Shown here: positions 1 through 9,999 of the stretch, one piece after another
Numbering within the stretch: position 1 is the stretch's first letter
Layout: the number at the start of each line of letters is the position of its first letter
NCBI GenBank assembly: GCA_016194745.1
Contig: JACQBA010000013.1
Coordinates: 822 to 64,821 of the forward strand
Direction: 5' to 3'
From: Elusimicrobiota bacterium
GTDB taxonomy: Bacteria > Elusimicrobiota > Elusimicrobia > UBA1565 > JACRDR01
Length of the DNA: 64,000 nt
Notes under the pieces: model-generated
Told to the model about the DNA's origin: nothing
Databases searched by the model: none
The model's input: only the letters and a program-made list of their open reading frames with translations
Translations under genes and position numbers: made by a program

Positions 1-1295
1 TGTACACCTCCGAGGTCGTAGAGCGGGTCAGACTCCACGGAATTCCCGTTACGCATGATTACGCCGCTAAAGACGGAGCCATTCCGCTTCCCGCCACTTT
101 CAGCATGGAGTTGGCGCGGCGGATCGGCCAACAGCGCGGGGGAATGAAGGCCAGGCTCTACAGCGAATATCCGTTCCCCTGGCGCAAGGCGGAAGGCGGA
201 CCGAAGGACGCCTTCGAGACAGAGGCGCTGGAGTATCTCCGGCGTTTCCCGGAGGCGTCCTTCTATCGATTCGAGAACTTCGAGGGACAGCTCGCTCTGC
301 GTTATGCCACGGCCGATCGCATGCGGCCGAGCTGCGTCGCCTGCCACAATGCTCATCCCGCGAGTCCGAAGAGGGACTGGAAGGAGGGGGACGTCAGGGG
401 GGTTTTGGAGGTGATCCGTCCACTGGACTTCTTGGTCACCCAGACTCGAAATGAGCTGCGCGCCACGTTCTTCCTGTTCGGTTCGCTCGGTCTGGGGGGC
501 GTCCTGGCTCTCGTCATGTTGTTCCTGAGGCTGCGCGACGTGAACGCGGGGCTCGAACGAAGCGTACGGGAGCGCACGGCCCAGGCCCTCCAATCCCAGA
601 AGATGGCCGCCGTGGGGCAGCTTGCCGCCGGCGTCGCCCATGAGATCAATAATCCACTGGGAATCATACTGGGATTCGCTCACAGCGCGGTCAGACGCAT
701 CAAAGAGGATGATTCGCTCGCCATGCCTCTTCGGTCTATCGAGCGCGAAGCCTTGCGCTGCAAGACTCTGGTCCAGAATCTTCTCCTCTTTTCAAGGCAG
801 GACAAAGCTCAAATGGTGGAATTCGACCTTAATGAGACCGTGACGAACACCCTCGGCATCATTGAGGCGCAGGCGCGCGTGAATTCGGTCGAGCTATCGA
901 AGGAGTTGGGCGCCGTAGCGTCCATGATGGGCGACAAGAACATGGTACAACAGGTCATCGTCAATCTCTGCAACAACGCGATCGACGCCATGCCGGGCGG
1001 CGGCAAGATCGTCGTCCGAACCGGCGTCGTTGCTAAAGGCGATAAGATTTGGACCCTCCTAAAGATCGAGGACAACGGCTCCGGAATCCCGGCGGAGATC
1101 CAGGACAAGATATTCAACCCATTTTTTACGACCAAGGAGGTGGGAAAGGGCACTGGGTTGGGCCTGTCGCTGGTCTACGAGATCGTGGAGAAGCACGGGG
1201 GAACGATCGAGCTCGACAGCGTCGTGGGACGCGGCACGGCGTTCACCGTTTTTTTCCCTCCGACGGACTCGGCGCTCGCAACGAAGCGGCGATGA
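1..1295 (+). CDS. Sensor histidine kinase with N-terminal heme-binding (CXXCH, DUF3365-like) sensor domain, one TM, HisKA and HATPase_c; 5' end probably lies upstream of the window
   Basis: CVACH heme c-type motif; [15 protein letters not shown]-box; GxGxG ATP-lid (GTGLGLSLV); frame is open from nt 3 with no stop before the listed Met at 105 (…[22 protein letters not shown]…). Confidence 0.8.
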   Translation, partial: YTSEVVERVRLHGIPVTHDYAAKDGAIPLPATFSMELARRIGQQRGGMKARLYSEYPFPWRKAEGGPKDAFETEALEYLRRFPEASFYRFENFEGQLALRYATADRMRPSCVACHNAHPASPKRDWKEGDVRGVLEVIRPLDFLVTQTRNELRATFFLFGSLGLGGVLALVMLFLRLRDVNAGLERSVRERTAQALQSQKMAAVGQLAAGVAHEINNPLGIILGFAHSAVRRIKEDDSLAMPLRSIEREALRCKTLVQNLLLFSRQDKAQMVEFDLNETVTNTLGIIEAQARVNSVELSKELGAVASMMGDKNMVQQVIVNLCNNAIDAMPGGGKIVVRTGVVAKGDKIWTLLKIEDNGSGIPAEIQDKIFNPFFTTKEVGKGTGLGLSLVYEIVEKHGGTIELDSVVGRGTAFTVFFPPTDSALATKRR

Positions 1296-1678
1296 GCGAG
1301 GAGAAAAAAGAGGTCCTTCTCATAGACGACGAGCCCGGCTTTCACGAGCTGTTCCGGTACCTCCTGGAGCCCCTCGGCATCGCTATTCTATCCGCTCACG
1401 ACGGTCTGGCGGGACTGAAGGTGAGTTCGCAGAAGGAGTATGCTATCATCTTCTTGGATGTCCATATGCCGAACATGCCGGGAACGGAAGTCCTCAAGAA
1501 GATCAAGGAAATGAGACCTCTGCAGAGAGTGGTGCTTCTCAGCAGCGATTCCGATCCCGCCGATGAGCTGGAGGAGTTTTCGAAGAAAATGGGAGTCGAC
1601 GCTTTTCTTGAAAAACCGTTCCATCCCGACCGCGTCTTGGAGCTTGTCCAAAAGATCATGGGGGTGCCGGCCCGGTGA
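1292..1678 (+). CDS. Single-domain response regulator (CheY-like receiver)
   Basis: LLIDDEP…D…MPNMPG…K receiver motifs; ATGA overlap with HK stop; true start is Met 82 of track ORF 1049..1678. Confidence 0.8.
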   Translation: MSEEKKEVLLIDDEPGFHELFRYLLEPLGIAILSAHDGLAGLKVSSQKEYAIIFLDVHMPNMPGTEVLKKIKEMRPLQRVVLLSSDSDPADELEEFSKKMGVDAFLEKPFHPDRVLELVQKIMGVPAR

Positions 1679-2046
1679 TGACCGCGACGAAGACGATCCT
1701 CGTGATCGATGACGAGCTTGGGTATCGGGACATGCTCCGGATGGACCTTTCCGTTCAAGGATTCAATGTCTTCACGGCCGCCGGCGGGCTGGAAGCCTTG
1801 GCGATCCTCGCGCAAGAAGAGATCGACCTCGTCGTCACGGACATGAAGATGCCGAAGATGGACGGATTGGAGACAGTCATCGCGATCAAGAAAAATCATC
1901 CGGGCATCCCGATCATCCTGATGACCGGTTATGCGATCGAGGACCGCGTCCAAACGGCTCTGCAGCTCAAGGCTACGATCTGCCTGAAGAAGCCTTTCGC
2001 CATCGAAGAACTGACGACCGTTATTCAACGCACTTTGCCTCAATAG
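1675..2046 (+). CDS. Single-domain response regulator (CheY-like receiver)
   Basis: ILVIDDE…DLVVTDMKMPKMDG…LMTGY…KP receiver motifs; 4-nt overlap with preceding gene. Confidence 0.8.
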   Translation: MMTATKTILVIDDELGYRDMLRMDLSVQGFNVFTAAGGLEALAILAQEEIDLVVTDMKMPKMDGLETVIAIKKNHPGIPIILMTGYAIEDRVQTALQLKATICLKKPFAIEELTTVIQRTLPQ

Positions 2047-2262
2047 CCTCCTCAATTCAAACGCGGGGCATGGTCCCACGCAGTTACCAGGATTGGAATG
2101 GGGCGGATTGGTCCTAAGCGGATTCCTAACGAAACGTACACTTCGATACGCTTCTATACACCTATTTGAACGAATAAAATCGGTTTCCGACGGGGATCAG
2201 AGTTTTCGAAGTCCGTAGCGTCTGCCGTTCCGCCACCTGCCCGCCGATGTCGTGCGACGTTT

Positions 2263-2742
2263 CTACGGCAAGCCGAAGGTGGCGGCCAAGCCCTCGGGGG
2301 TCGATGGACCGCTGGGAAACCCGTTCATCCGCTTGGACACGCGGCCGTCGCTTTCCGTGATGACGAACATCGGCACGCCGTCCTCGGCCGGGACTTTCTT
2401 GTCCGGGTCGAGCAAGGTCTCGGGCCCGAACGGCTGGGCGAACGTCTTGAGGCGCTCCACGGGCGCGTGGCTGACGACCACGCGGCAGGCGACCTCCGTG
2501 CCGGTCAGATGCTTCTTGAACGCGACGATGTACGGCACGACGATGTGGCAGACGCCGCACCACGGGGTGATCACGATCGTCATGCAGCGCTTGGCGGGGC
2601 ATTCCGCCAAGGACGGCGCCGTGGAGCCGTCGAGGGTCTCGAGGGTCACGTCCGGGAGCTTCTCGACCGGCTTGCAGCCGCCGCAGCCGGAGAAGGACAG
2701 CGCCGCGAGGAGCGGGACCGCGGCGAGGCGAAGGCGCGTCAT
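2263..2742 (-). CDS. Thioredoxin-like lipoprotein (TlpA/ResA-type thiol:disulfide oxidoreductase)
   Basis: Lipoprotein signal MTRLRLAAVPLLAALSFSGC; WCGVCH CxxC motif; C-terminal part of track ORF 2263..3648 (rest of that ORF is Arg-rich frame overlap). Confidence 0.65.
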   Translation of the reverse strand: MTRLRLAAVPLLAALSFSGCGGCKPVEKLPDVTLETLDGSTAPSLAECPAKRCMTIVITPWCGVCHIVVPYIVAFKKHLTGTEVACRVVVSHAPVERLKTFAQPFGPETLLDPDKKVPAEDGVPMFVITESDGRVSKRMNGFPSGPSTPEGLAATFGLP

Positions 2743-3728
2743 CGCGGCGCCCGCCACTGCTCCATTTCGCGGAGGATGCGCCAGAACTGGTCCTTCGTCT
2801 CGATCGCCCGGCTGTTCAGGTGCGGAGCGCGGGCGGTGCAGCTGCGCGGCCTCGCCGCGTAGCGCGAGCGGATGGTCTGATCGTCGCGCTCGCCCCAGAA
2901 CCAGGAGACGAATAGGATGCCTTCCCTCTGCTGGGGCGCCGAGTTCGGCCGCCAGTCGCGGCCCGGCGGCGGGACGATGCGGCTCGCCTTGATGAAGTCG
3001 AAGTCGTCGTTGCTGATGGTGATGCAGCCGGGCGTGACGGCCGTCCCGAGGTGCCGATTGACGCGCACGCGGTCGAAATCGCCCGCCCGCACGTCCCGGC
3101 GGTCGATCTCCTCGATGCGGCGCGTGCGCACCTTGTCGACGTCGTTGTCGAGGTAGCTCTCGTGGAGGAAGATGCCGCGCGCGTGCGTGCAGGCGTTGCG
3201 CTCCTCGAGGCCGTCCAAGCGGTACGCCTGGAGGTTCTGCGCGACCGTCTGCATCGCCGCCTCGTTGCCCGTCCCGAAGAGCCGCATGCAGCCGCCGGGC
3301 GTCGCCTGCGAGTCCCACTCGTCCTTGACGACGCGCGCCACGCCGGTGATACCGTCCGGCTCGTTTCCGGCGCCGTGGACCGCGCCGCCGCGCAAGATCG
3401 CGATCGACGCCTCGGGATCCTCTTGGTTCCACTGGAGTACGTGCAGCCGCACGAAATTCGCGTTCGTCGAGAAGTCCGCGATGACGACGTGTTTGGTGCT
3501 CGCCAGGCGGTGCCCGAACTCCCGCATGCATCGCTGCGCGTACGCGAGCGCCCCGCGGGGATAGTCGCCGCAGTCGCGCAGCGTCATCGGGCGGATGCGC
3601 CCCGTCTCGAAGTCGTACGTGGTCCACGTGCGCGCCGTGCCCATCCACGGGACGCAGGGTCCGCGCGAGGGCTCCGCCGACGCGGGAAGGGCTAGCGCTG
3701 CGAGCAGCGCGAAGGTCATTTTTTTCAT
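2739..3728 (-). CDS. Secreted L,D-transpeptidase (YkuD-like) domain protein
   Basis: Signal peptide MKKMTFALLAALALPASA; HLGT…TPGCITISNDDFDFI resembles YkuD catalytic HGT…SHGC(I/V)RLSNED motif; ATGA overlaps on both sides. Confidence 0.55.
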   Translation of the reverse strand: MKKMTFALLAALALPASAEPSRGPCVPWMGTARTWTTYDFETGRIRPMTLRDCGDYPRGALAYAQRCMREFGHRLASTKHVVIADFSTNANFVRLHVLQWNQEDPEASIAILRGGAVHGAGNEPDGITGVARVVKDEWDSQATPGGCMRLFGTGNEAAMQTVAQNLQAYRLDGLEERNACTHARGIFLHESYLDNDVDKVRTRRIEEIDRRDVRAGDFDRVRVNRHLGTAVTPGCITISNDDFDFIKASRIVPPPGRDWRPNSAPQQREGILFVSWFWGERDDQTIRSRYAARPRSCTARAPHLNSRAIETKDQFWRILREMEQWRAPR

Positions 3729-6700
3729 GGTTTCGGCGCGCCGGGCGGGGTCCCGGGCCTCCTGTCGTCCTTCTTTTTCCTGCGGCGCAGATAGATCAGC
3801 ACGAGGATGAATCCTCCGGCGAGCAGCCCCGCCGCGGCGGCGAGCAACTGGCTCCGGCGATCGTCCTCGGCTTGGCGGCGGTAGCGCTCCTCGAGCTCCA
3901 TCGGAAAGCAGCCGATGGTGTAGCCCGGAGGCGCCTCGACGAAAAGGAAGACTCCCTTGCACTCGACGACCGGACACGCGGGCGACGTCGGCGCGGGCGC
4001 CGGCGTGGGCGGAACAAGCACCGGAAATCCCCAGCGGGTGCGGCCGACCGACTGGCCGAGCGCGTCGCGCAGGTCCTCGGGCGTCGGCTCGGACGGCGCC
4101 GGAGGCGGCGTGCGGACGAAGGCCGCGGCGACGCGAGCCTTGACCCGCCGGTAGAGGCCGCCGAAGCCGGGCTCCGGGCGCAGCTTGATCGGGAAGCAGC
4201 CCGTCGTCCAGTCGAGCGGCGCGTCCTCCCAAAGCGGGATGCCGGGGCACGGCGGCACGGGCGGGCAATTGACGCCGGGCTTGCGCGCCGGATGAGCCGA
4301 CGTCTTCGTCTTCACTGGACGCGGCTTTCGCACGCGCACGGGCGCGGCGCTGAGCGCGTCGCGGATGTCGTCGGGCGGGCGCAGCGCGGGGCTTCCGGGC
4401 GGAGCGACGTAGCCCGGGATCACGGACTCCGCGGCGATCGCCGACTTCGTGTCCGCGGGACGTCTCCTCTCGGGCAGATCGGGAGACCCGGCCGGTCCGC
4501 CGGCGGTGCGCAGCGAGATGGGCCTGTCCTGGAATCCGGGAATCCCCGGTCCAAAGCCGCTGCCGCCGCCGAACGGCCCGAAGCCGCCCGGGTAGCCCGG
4601 AGACGGCGTCGTCGGACCGATGCCCGGCGGGCCCGCGGGGCCGGCCGCGGGAGCGGGGCTCGGCTTATCCTTCGGCGAATCCGTGCGGCCCGGGGACGGC
4701 GAAGATCCGCCGGGTGAGGGAGTCGCGGCGGGAGACGGAGAAGGTCCTGCCGCGGGTGGGGGCGACGAAGGTGAAGGTGACGGACTCGCGGGCGCGGGAG
4801 ACGGGCTCCCTCCGCCGCCACCGCCGCCGCCGGGTGAGGCGCCCGGCGGACCGCCGCCACCGCCGCCGGGCGATCCGCCGCCGGGGCTCCCTCCGCCGCC
4901 GAGACCGCCCCCGCCGCCGCCGCCGCCCGGGCTGCCGGACGGGACGGTGATGTCGGGAAAGGAGCGCGGAGAGAATCCGCCGGGCACGGGCGGCGCCGGG
5001 ACGGTGGAGCCGATGACCTGCGGCGCGCTCGGCGCGGGCGGCGGCTCGCAGGAGCCGGCCTCCCATTCCGGGATCGTCCCGATCTTCTTTTTCTCGCTCT
5101 TCTCGGCGCCTTTATCATCCGGAAGCGTGACGGACGCCAGATGGATGTCGCCCGCCCGCTCGCCGCTCACGTGCAGGCACGTCAACCCCACGGGCTCGTT
5201 GGCCTCGAAATACTTGTAGAGGCAGGCGCCGATCGAGGTCGCCTTCAGCCCCTTCTCGTCTTGAATGCCGAGCCCCTTGAGCATGTCGGCGGAGACCCCG
5301 TCGAGCTTGACCCGGCGCTCCGGCTTATCCCAAGAATGGTATCCGAGCAGGTTGGTCTGGCACGGAGGCGGCACAACGGGCTGCGGGGGCGCCGGCTTGG
5401 CGGGCGGCGGCGCGGGCGCCGGCGGAGGCGGCGTCACGAGCGGAGCCGGAGGCGCGGGCTGCTCGCAGGCGAGCTGCTCGATGGTGCCGAAGGTCTTCTT
5501 GACGAGCCGCTGCGTCCGCCGCGTGTAGTCGAGCGTGAGGATCCCGTCCTCCAGGCGCGTGCGGACGCAGGTCAGATCGTCGAACTGATTGAGGACGGTC
5601 TGCGCCTGGACGCTGAAGCAGATCGCCTTCTTGTCCTCGTCGTCGGGGACGCCGGCCCGCGTGATGATCAGGATCGAGGCCTTCTTCATGATCTCGAAGC
5701 GGGCCGGGCGTTCGGTCTCGGTGAGGTAGCCCTCGAGATTGGAGATGCAGGGGTTCTTCTTCGGCTTGGGCCTCGCCGGCGGCGGCTCGGGCGTCGGCTG
5801 GGGCTCCGGCTGCGGCTCGGGCGCGGGAGGAAGCTCGCAGGAGATGTCCTTCATCTTTCCGAAGGACTCGATCTTGATCCGCTCGCCCTTCGGCGTGTAG
5901 TCGACCTTCAAGAGGCCGCCGCCGTCGGCGCTGGTGCGCACGCAGGAGAGCTCGCCTTGCTTGCCGATGAATTCGAGGATTTTTCCGCTGATGCAGACGG
6001 TGCGCTTGCCGTCCTCGTCGGGAATATTCGCGCGCTGGAGCAGGACCGATGTCCCGCGCTCCATGATCTCCTTGCGGGCGCCGTCGTCGGCCGCGGTCAG
6101 GAAGCCCTCGAGATTGGATTTGCAGGGATTCTTCTTCGGCTTGGGTCTCGGCGTCGGTTCGGGCTGAGTCCTTGAGCTTGCCGAACGACTCGATCTTGAC
6201 CCGCTCGCCCTTCGGCGTGTAGTCGAGCTTGAGGATCCCGCCGTCGGCGCTGGTCCGCACGCACGAGAGCTCGCCCTGCTTGCCGAGGAACTCGAGAATC
6301 TTGCCGCTGATGCAGACCGTCCGCTTGCCGTCCTCGTCCGGGATCCTCGCGCGCTGGAGCAGGACCGATGTCCCGCGCTCCATGATCTCCTTGCGGGCGC
6401 CGTCGTCGGCCGCGGTCAGGAAGCCCTCGAGATTGGATTTGCAGGGATTCTTCTTCGGCTTGGGTCTCGGCGTCGGTTCGGGCTGAGCAGCGTCGTGTCG
6501 GGCGTCTCGGCCGCGGCCGGCGGCGCCGCGGGCGCGGCCTGCGGTCCGCAGGACAGCTCCGAGAATTTCCCGAACGGCTCGACCGCATTGACATTCGGCT
6601 TGTCGGAGTAGGTGAGCTTGAGGTTCCCAGCCTCCGCGGTGGTGCGGACGCAGACCAGGTCCTTTTGCTTCGACAGGAACTCCTCGAGCTTGTCGCTGAA

Positions 6701-7609
6701 GCAGGCGGCCTTCTTGCCGTCCTCGTCCGCCAGTCCCGCGCGCTTGAACAGGAGCGCCGAGGACCGCTCCAGCACCTCGCGTTTGGCGGCCGCGTCCGCG
6801 GCGCCGAGATAGCCGTCGAGATTAGACTTGCAGTAGACCTTCGGCTTCTTCGCCTGCCGCGCGCCCCCCGCGCTCGCGGCGCCGCCGTCGGCTCCCGCGA
6901 TCCACTCCTCCAGCGCTCCCAGGATCTCTTTGTGCTCGGCGCCGCGCTTGTCTTGGTAGTTCAGAACGAGGCGGCGCTCGGCGTCGAGCACGATGTCGAG
7001 ATTCGCGAACTCGGGGCGCTTGGGATGGTCGTTGAGACGCTCCTCAAGCTTCGTGGACAACAGTTCCGCCTTGGCGCCGTCCGCGTCGGGAATCATCGCG
7101 CGCTTGAGGATGTCCGAGGCCGACTGTCTCAGGATCGTCAGACGTTGGGCGGGGACGGCGGACAAATATCCCTCGACGCTGGAGCGCGGCGGAGTGACAG
7201 GCTCGGGCGCGATCCGCCGCTTGGCCCCGTCGAACATCGACGCGGATTCGCTCGCCCGTCTTAGCGCGGACCGCACGTCCCGATTCACCTCGGGCGCCAC
7301 GGCCGAGAGCGGCGGCGAGGCCGGGACGGCTTGAGCGCAGGACTGGGAATCCTGCAGGACGCCGTCCGCCTCCGCCAGGTGCCGCGACGCGTCCTCGCCG
7401 GGCTGGCCCGCGTGATCGGCCCGCAGCGCGCGCAGGCGCTCGCAGAGCGCGGCGAGCTTGTCTCGGTCCCCCGCCGACGCCGCCTGACGGATCTCGAGGA
7501 TCAGAGGCGCCGGAGACGCGGCGGGACGGGTCCCCGCCAGTGCGGCGGCGGGGATCACGAGCGCTAGCAGGGCGGCGGGGAACCGGCGGTTGACCAAGGC
7601 AGAGATCAT
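3725..7609 (-). pseudogene. Frame-disrupted gene for a ~1290-aa secreted, C-terminally TM-anchored repeat protein (≥5 copies of a novel ~90-aa Cys-containing module, Pro-rich linkers, Gly-rich tract)
   Basis: N-terminal signal peptide MISALVNRRFPAALLALVIPAAALA at 7609; modules CxSNLEGYL…(I/L)PDEDGK…C(I/F)S…LxEF…KQ…L(S/T)CVRT…G.L.LDYT…FGK…SC; C-term LLAAAAGLLAGGFILVLIYLRRRKKK; reading frame broken twice (~6487 and ~6168) at boundaries of a 319-bp tandem duplication; intact segments are track ORFs 6416..7609, 5325..6383, 3725..6064. Confidence 0.55.
6027..6487. repeat. Intragenic tandem duplication: two identical ~140-bp segments (approx 6027..6167 and 6347..6487) with period 319 bp; intervening ~190 bp is ~85% identical to 5830..6026
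   Basis: Identical strings ...gcgcgctggagcaggaccgatgtcccgcgctccatgatctccttgcgggcgccgtcgtcggccgcggtcaggaagccctcgagattggatttgcagggattcttcttcggcttgggtctcggcgtcggttcgggctgag seen twice; identical ATG positions 6064 and 6383 in ORF track give period 319 (not divisible by 3). Confidence 0.75.
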
Positions 7610-7759
7610 ACCGCAGACCCGAAAAACGGCCTAGAGACCTTCGACCCTCGTCGGCGCGGCTGATCGGCCTAGGCGCGCCGGGACTTACGGACCGCCCCTA
7701 CCGACCGTCGGACGGCATGCCCTCGGCGGCTCGTCGGACGGCTGGAGCGCGAGGCTCTC

Positions 7760-8425
7760 TTAGGTCCGGTAGGAGGTCGGGTCCGGCAAACCCGCGCGCC
7801 GGAACGCGTCCTTGCGCTCCGCGCACTTATTGCAGCGGCCGCAATGGGCGCGGCCCTTGGGCGCGATGCAGGAGAACGTCAATTCCCAAGGTAGACTTCG
7901 GTATTTCCGGATCACCTTGGGCTTGTCGAGGCGGCGAAACGGCGCCTCCACCCGGATCGCCGCGTCGAGACCCTCGGACACCGCCCGGCCCATCAACCGG
8001 AAGAACCGGAGGCTGGAGTCCGGGAAAGGATTCGATCCCAGCGTGCCGAGGGAGATCGTCCCGATGCCGCGCTCCGCGCAGAAGACCGCGATCTTGGATA
8101 GAAGGAGGATGTTGCGTCCCGGAAGATAGACCGCCTCGTCTCTCGACGAAGACGACGGGACTCCCCGGCCGGTCAGGCTCCAACGCGCGTGGGTGTAGGC
8201 GTCGCGGACCGGCAGTTCCAGCTGAGACAAGGCGTTCAGTCGGGGATGCCGCAAGCGCCTCAGCAGGCGCTTCAGCCAGAAGACCTCCGTCCCTTCCCAG
8301 GCGTGACCCCCCCGGACGTAGACCGGCCAGACTTTCGCCCCTAGAGCGATGGCCCCGGCGAGCATCGCCGCGCTCTCGATGCCCCCGCTCACGGAAACGC
8401 ACACTTTTCTGCCCGCCCCGGCCAT
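7760..8425 (-). CDS. queC: 7-cyano-7-deazaguanine synthase QueC
   Basis: PP-loop VSVSGGIESAAM; C-terminal Zn site CIAPKGRAHCGRCNKC. Confidence 0.85.
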   Translation of the reverse strand: MAGAGRKVCVSVSGGIESAAMLAGAIALGAKVWPVYVRGGHAWEGTEVFWLKRLLRRLRHPRLNALSQLELPVRDAYTHARWSLTGRGVPSSSSRDEAVYLPGRNILLLSKIAVFCAERGIGTISLGTLGSNPFPDSSLRFFRLMGRAVSEGLDAAIRVEAPFRRLDKPKVIRKYRSLPWELTFSCIAPKGRAHCGRCNKCAERKDAFRRAGLPDPTSYRT

Positions 8426-8554
8426 GGCTCGACTCTACCATAAAATCCTTCAAAAATATGCCCTTTTTGACCCCCTCCCCACCCGATATCCCTCCATAGG
8501 AAAAAAACGGGATTTCCACCGAGTTTTGACAGCGCCATCAGGCATCATTCAACC

Positions 8555-9313
8555 ATGGCGACTAGAACCGACGGCTCCCTACCGAAAGCTCTGAATATCC
8601 TGGCCGAGGCGCTCCTGCTGCTCGCCGTCGCGGGCGCCTTTCAGCCCGCGCACGCCGAGAGGGAGCCGGCGGCGCAAGCGGAGGAGTCCCTGGGACAGCC
8701 CTTCGACGGCGAGGCGCAGGATGGGCACGATTCGGCCGACGGCGTCGACACCGAAGAGCGCCTGGCCATGGCGCCCCGCGGCGGCGTTAGCAACCTCGTG
8801 AAGTCTGCCGCCCTGGGAGAGGGAGGCCTGGACGCGGATGATCTCGGCGACGAAATCGAGGGCGACGAGAACGGCGACGCGAACGGATTGCTCGCGATGG
8901 GTGAGGACTCCAAGACCCGCTTCACGAACGCTCTCAGCGGGACCGGCGCGGGCCGCTCGACGCGCCCTTCGTCGGCTTCTCCGGTCTATTTGGGATCGGC
9001 GCTTCGCGCCCAGAGACGGTATTTCGAAAGCCCTGCTTTCCGCAATGCGGCGGCGATGGATAGAAAAGACGCCGGCTTGATCACGAGAAGCGTCCCCGTT
9101 CCGGCGCCCCGCCCCGCCGTCTTGGACGCCCGGCTCTCCGGCATGCGCGCCGTCGAAGTCCCCCATCACGAGGAACCGTCGGCTCCGATGAGCCGGGTCC
9201 CCGCCTCGCTGCAGGTCGCCGCGGCCCTTCTCCTTTCCGTGACGATCCTCAAGATCGTGTATCGCTGGTCCATGGAGCAGGTGGCTGCGTCTCAGGTCCA
9301 GGGAGGCCTATGA
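8555..9313 (+). CDS. Hypothetical acidic envelope protein (N-terminal signal/anchor, Asp/Glu/Gly-rich, C-terminal TM)
   Basis: N-term ALNILAEALLLLAVAGAFQPAHA; C-term TM LQVAAALLLSVTILKIVYRW; TTGACA box ~25 nt upstream; low-complexity, function unknown. Confidence 0.4.
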   Translation: MATRTDGSLPKALNILAEALLLLAVAGAFQPAHAEREPAAQAEESLGQPFDGEAQDGHDSADGVDTEERLAMAPRGGVSNLVKSAALGEGGLDADDLGDEIEGDENGDANGLLAMGEDSKTRFTNALSGTGAGRSTRPSSASPVYLGSALRAQRRYFESPAFRNAAAMDRKDAGLITRSVPVPAPRPAVLDARLSGMRAVEVPHHEEPSAPMSRVPASLQVAAALLLSVTILKIVYRWSMEQVAASQVQGGL

Positions 9314-9999
9314 TCACCACGAACGTAAGACGGATCGCGGCGTCGAAGCTCTGTCGGCTCGCACTTCCGATCCTCGCACTTGCAGCTGGGGTGGTCGTGT
9401 CCTCGGTCTCCACGGCGGACGCGGCGGCGTGCAGACGGGGACGCAACTGTCCGCGGCCCCGCATGACTGCCAAGGCGCGTCTTAGACGGATGCTGCCCAA
9501 TCGCTGCGGCGCACGGGTCCGGTCGAATTGCAGAATGGTCAACCGCCTGGGACGGACGACGGGCTATCGGATCCGGGTCGGACGCCGAGTGCTCACTTTT
9601 TCCGGTCGACAGGCAGGAGCCGCATACAGGGCATTGCTGGGCCGCCGCGGCCTCACGCGCAATTTCCGCCGTCCGTCGGTGGCGCAGCTGCAAGCCCGAG
9701 CCAGAACAGCGCAAATCCAGGCCGAACTCCGCCAAAACCCGATCGGAAGCGCCATTAGAGGGAACGGACGCGACCAAGCCGCGAACGCCCGATTCAACCT
9801 GCTGACGAGGCTTCGCTTGCGCCTCGATAGACAATTGACACACTCTTGGAACTCATTCTCCCGTTACGCCGGCAACGCGAACAATCGGCAGTTTCGAGCA
9901 CTGCTTGAGCCGCTCCCTCGCCGAGCCACTCGGCGTGACTTTGCAACGAGACTCGAGTCATTCCGGACCTTCCTAAGAGATTGGACGGCAAGGTCGTAA
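9310..9999 (+). CDS. Hypothetical extremely basic (Arg-rich) secreted protein
   Basis: Signal peptide MITTNVRRIAASKLCRLALPILALAAGVVVSSVSTADA; ATGA overlap with upstream gene; locally lower GC than flanks. Confidence 0.4.
   Translation: MITTNVRRIAASKLCRLALPILALAAGVVVSSVSTADAAACRRGRNCPRPRMTAKARLRRMLPNRCGARVRSNCRMVNRLGRTTGYRIRVGRRVLTFSGRQAGAAYRALLGRRGLTRNFRRPSVAQLQARARTAQIQAELRQNPIGSAIRGNGRDQAANARFNLLTRLRLRLDRQLTHSWNSFSRYAGNANNRQFRALLEPLPRRATRRDFATRLESFRTFLRDWTARS

Noticed and set aside
2047-2262. 216-bp lower-GC spacer between convergent genes, examined for tRNA, sRNA or terminator
   Set aside because: No tRNA-like T-loop (GTTCGAATC-type) or convincing stem/U-tract was seen. Possibly just terminator space.
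2263-4268. Long N-terminal extensions of track ORFs 2263..3648 (461 aa) and 2739..4268 (509 aa)
   Set aside because: Upstream parts are Arg/Pro/Gly-rich alternative-frame translations overlapping neighbouring genes. The real genes start at internal Mets (2742 and 3728) with signal peptides and ATGA overlaps.
3796-6594. Plus-strand and alternate-frame ORFs inside the giant gene (3872..4717, 4420..5118, 4620..5219, 5141..6175, 6097..6594 etc.)
   Set aside because: Arg/Pro/Gly-rich antisense or out-of-frame products of GC-rich, Pro/Gly-coding repeat DNA. 6097..6594 is the bridging wrong frame across the frameshift.
8426-8554. Possible preQ1 riboswitch in the queC 5' leader
   Set aside because: The leader is A/G-rich (…gggtggggagggggtcaaaaaggg…), but I could not find the preQ1-I hairpin with UUC…CCC…AAAAAACUA arrangement. 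A covariance-model (Rfam RF00522/RF01054) scan would settle it.
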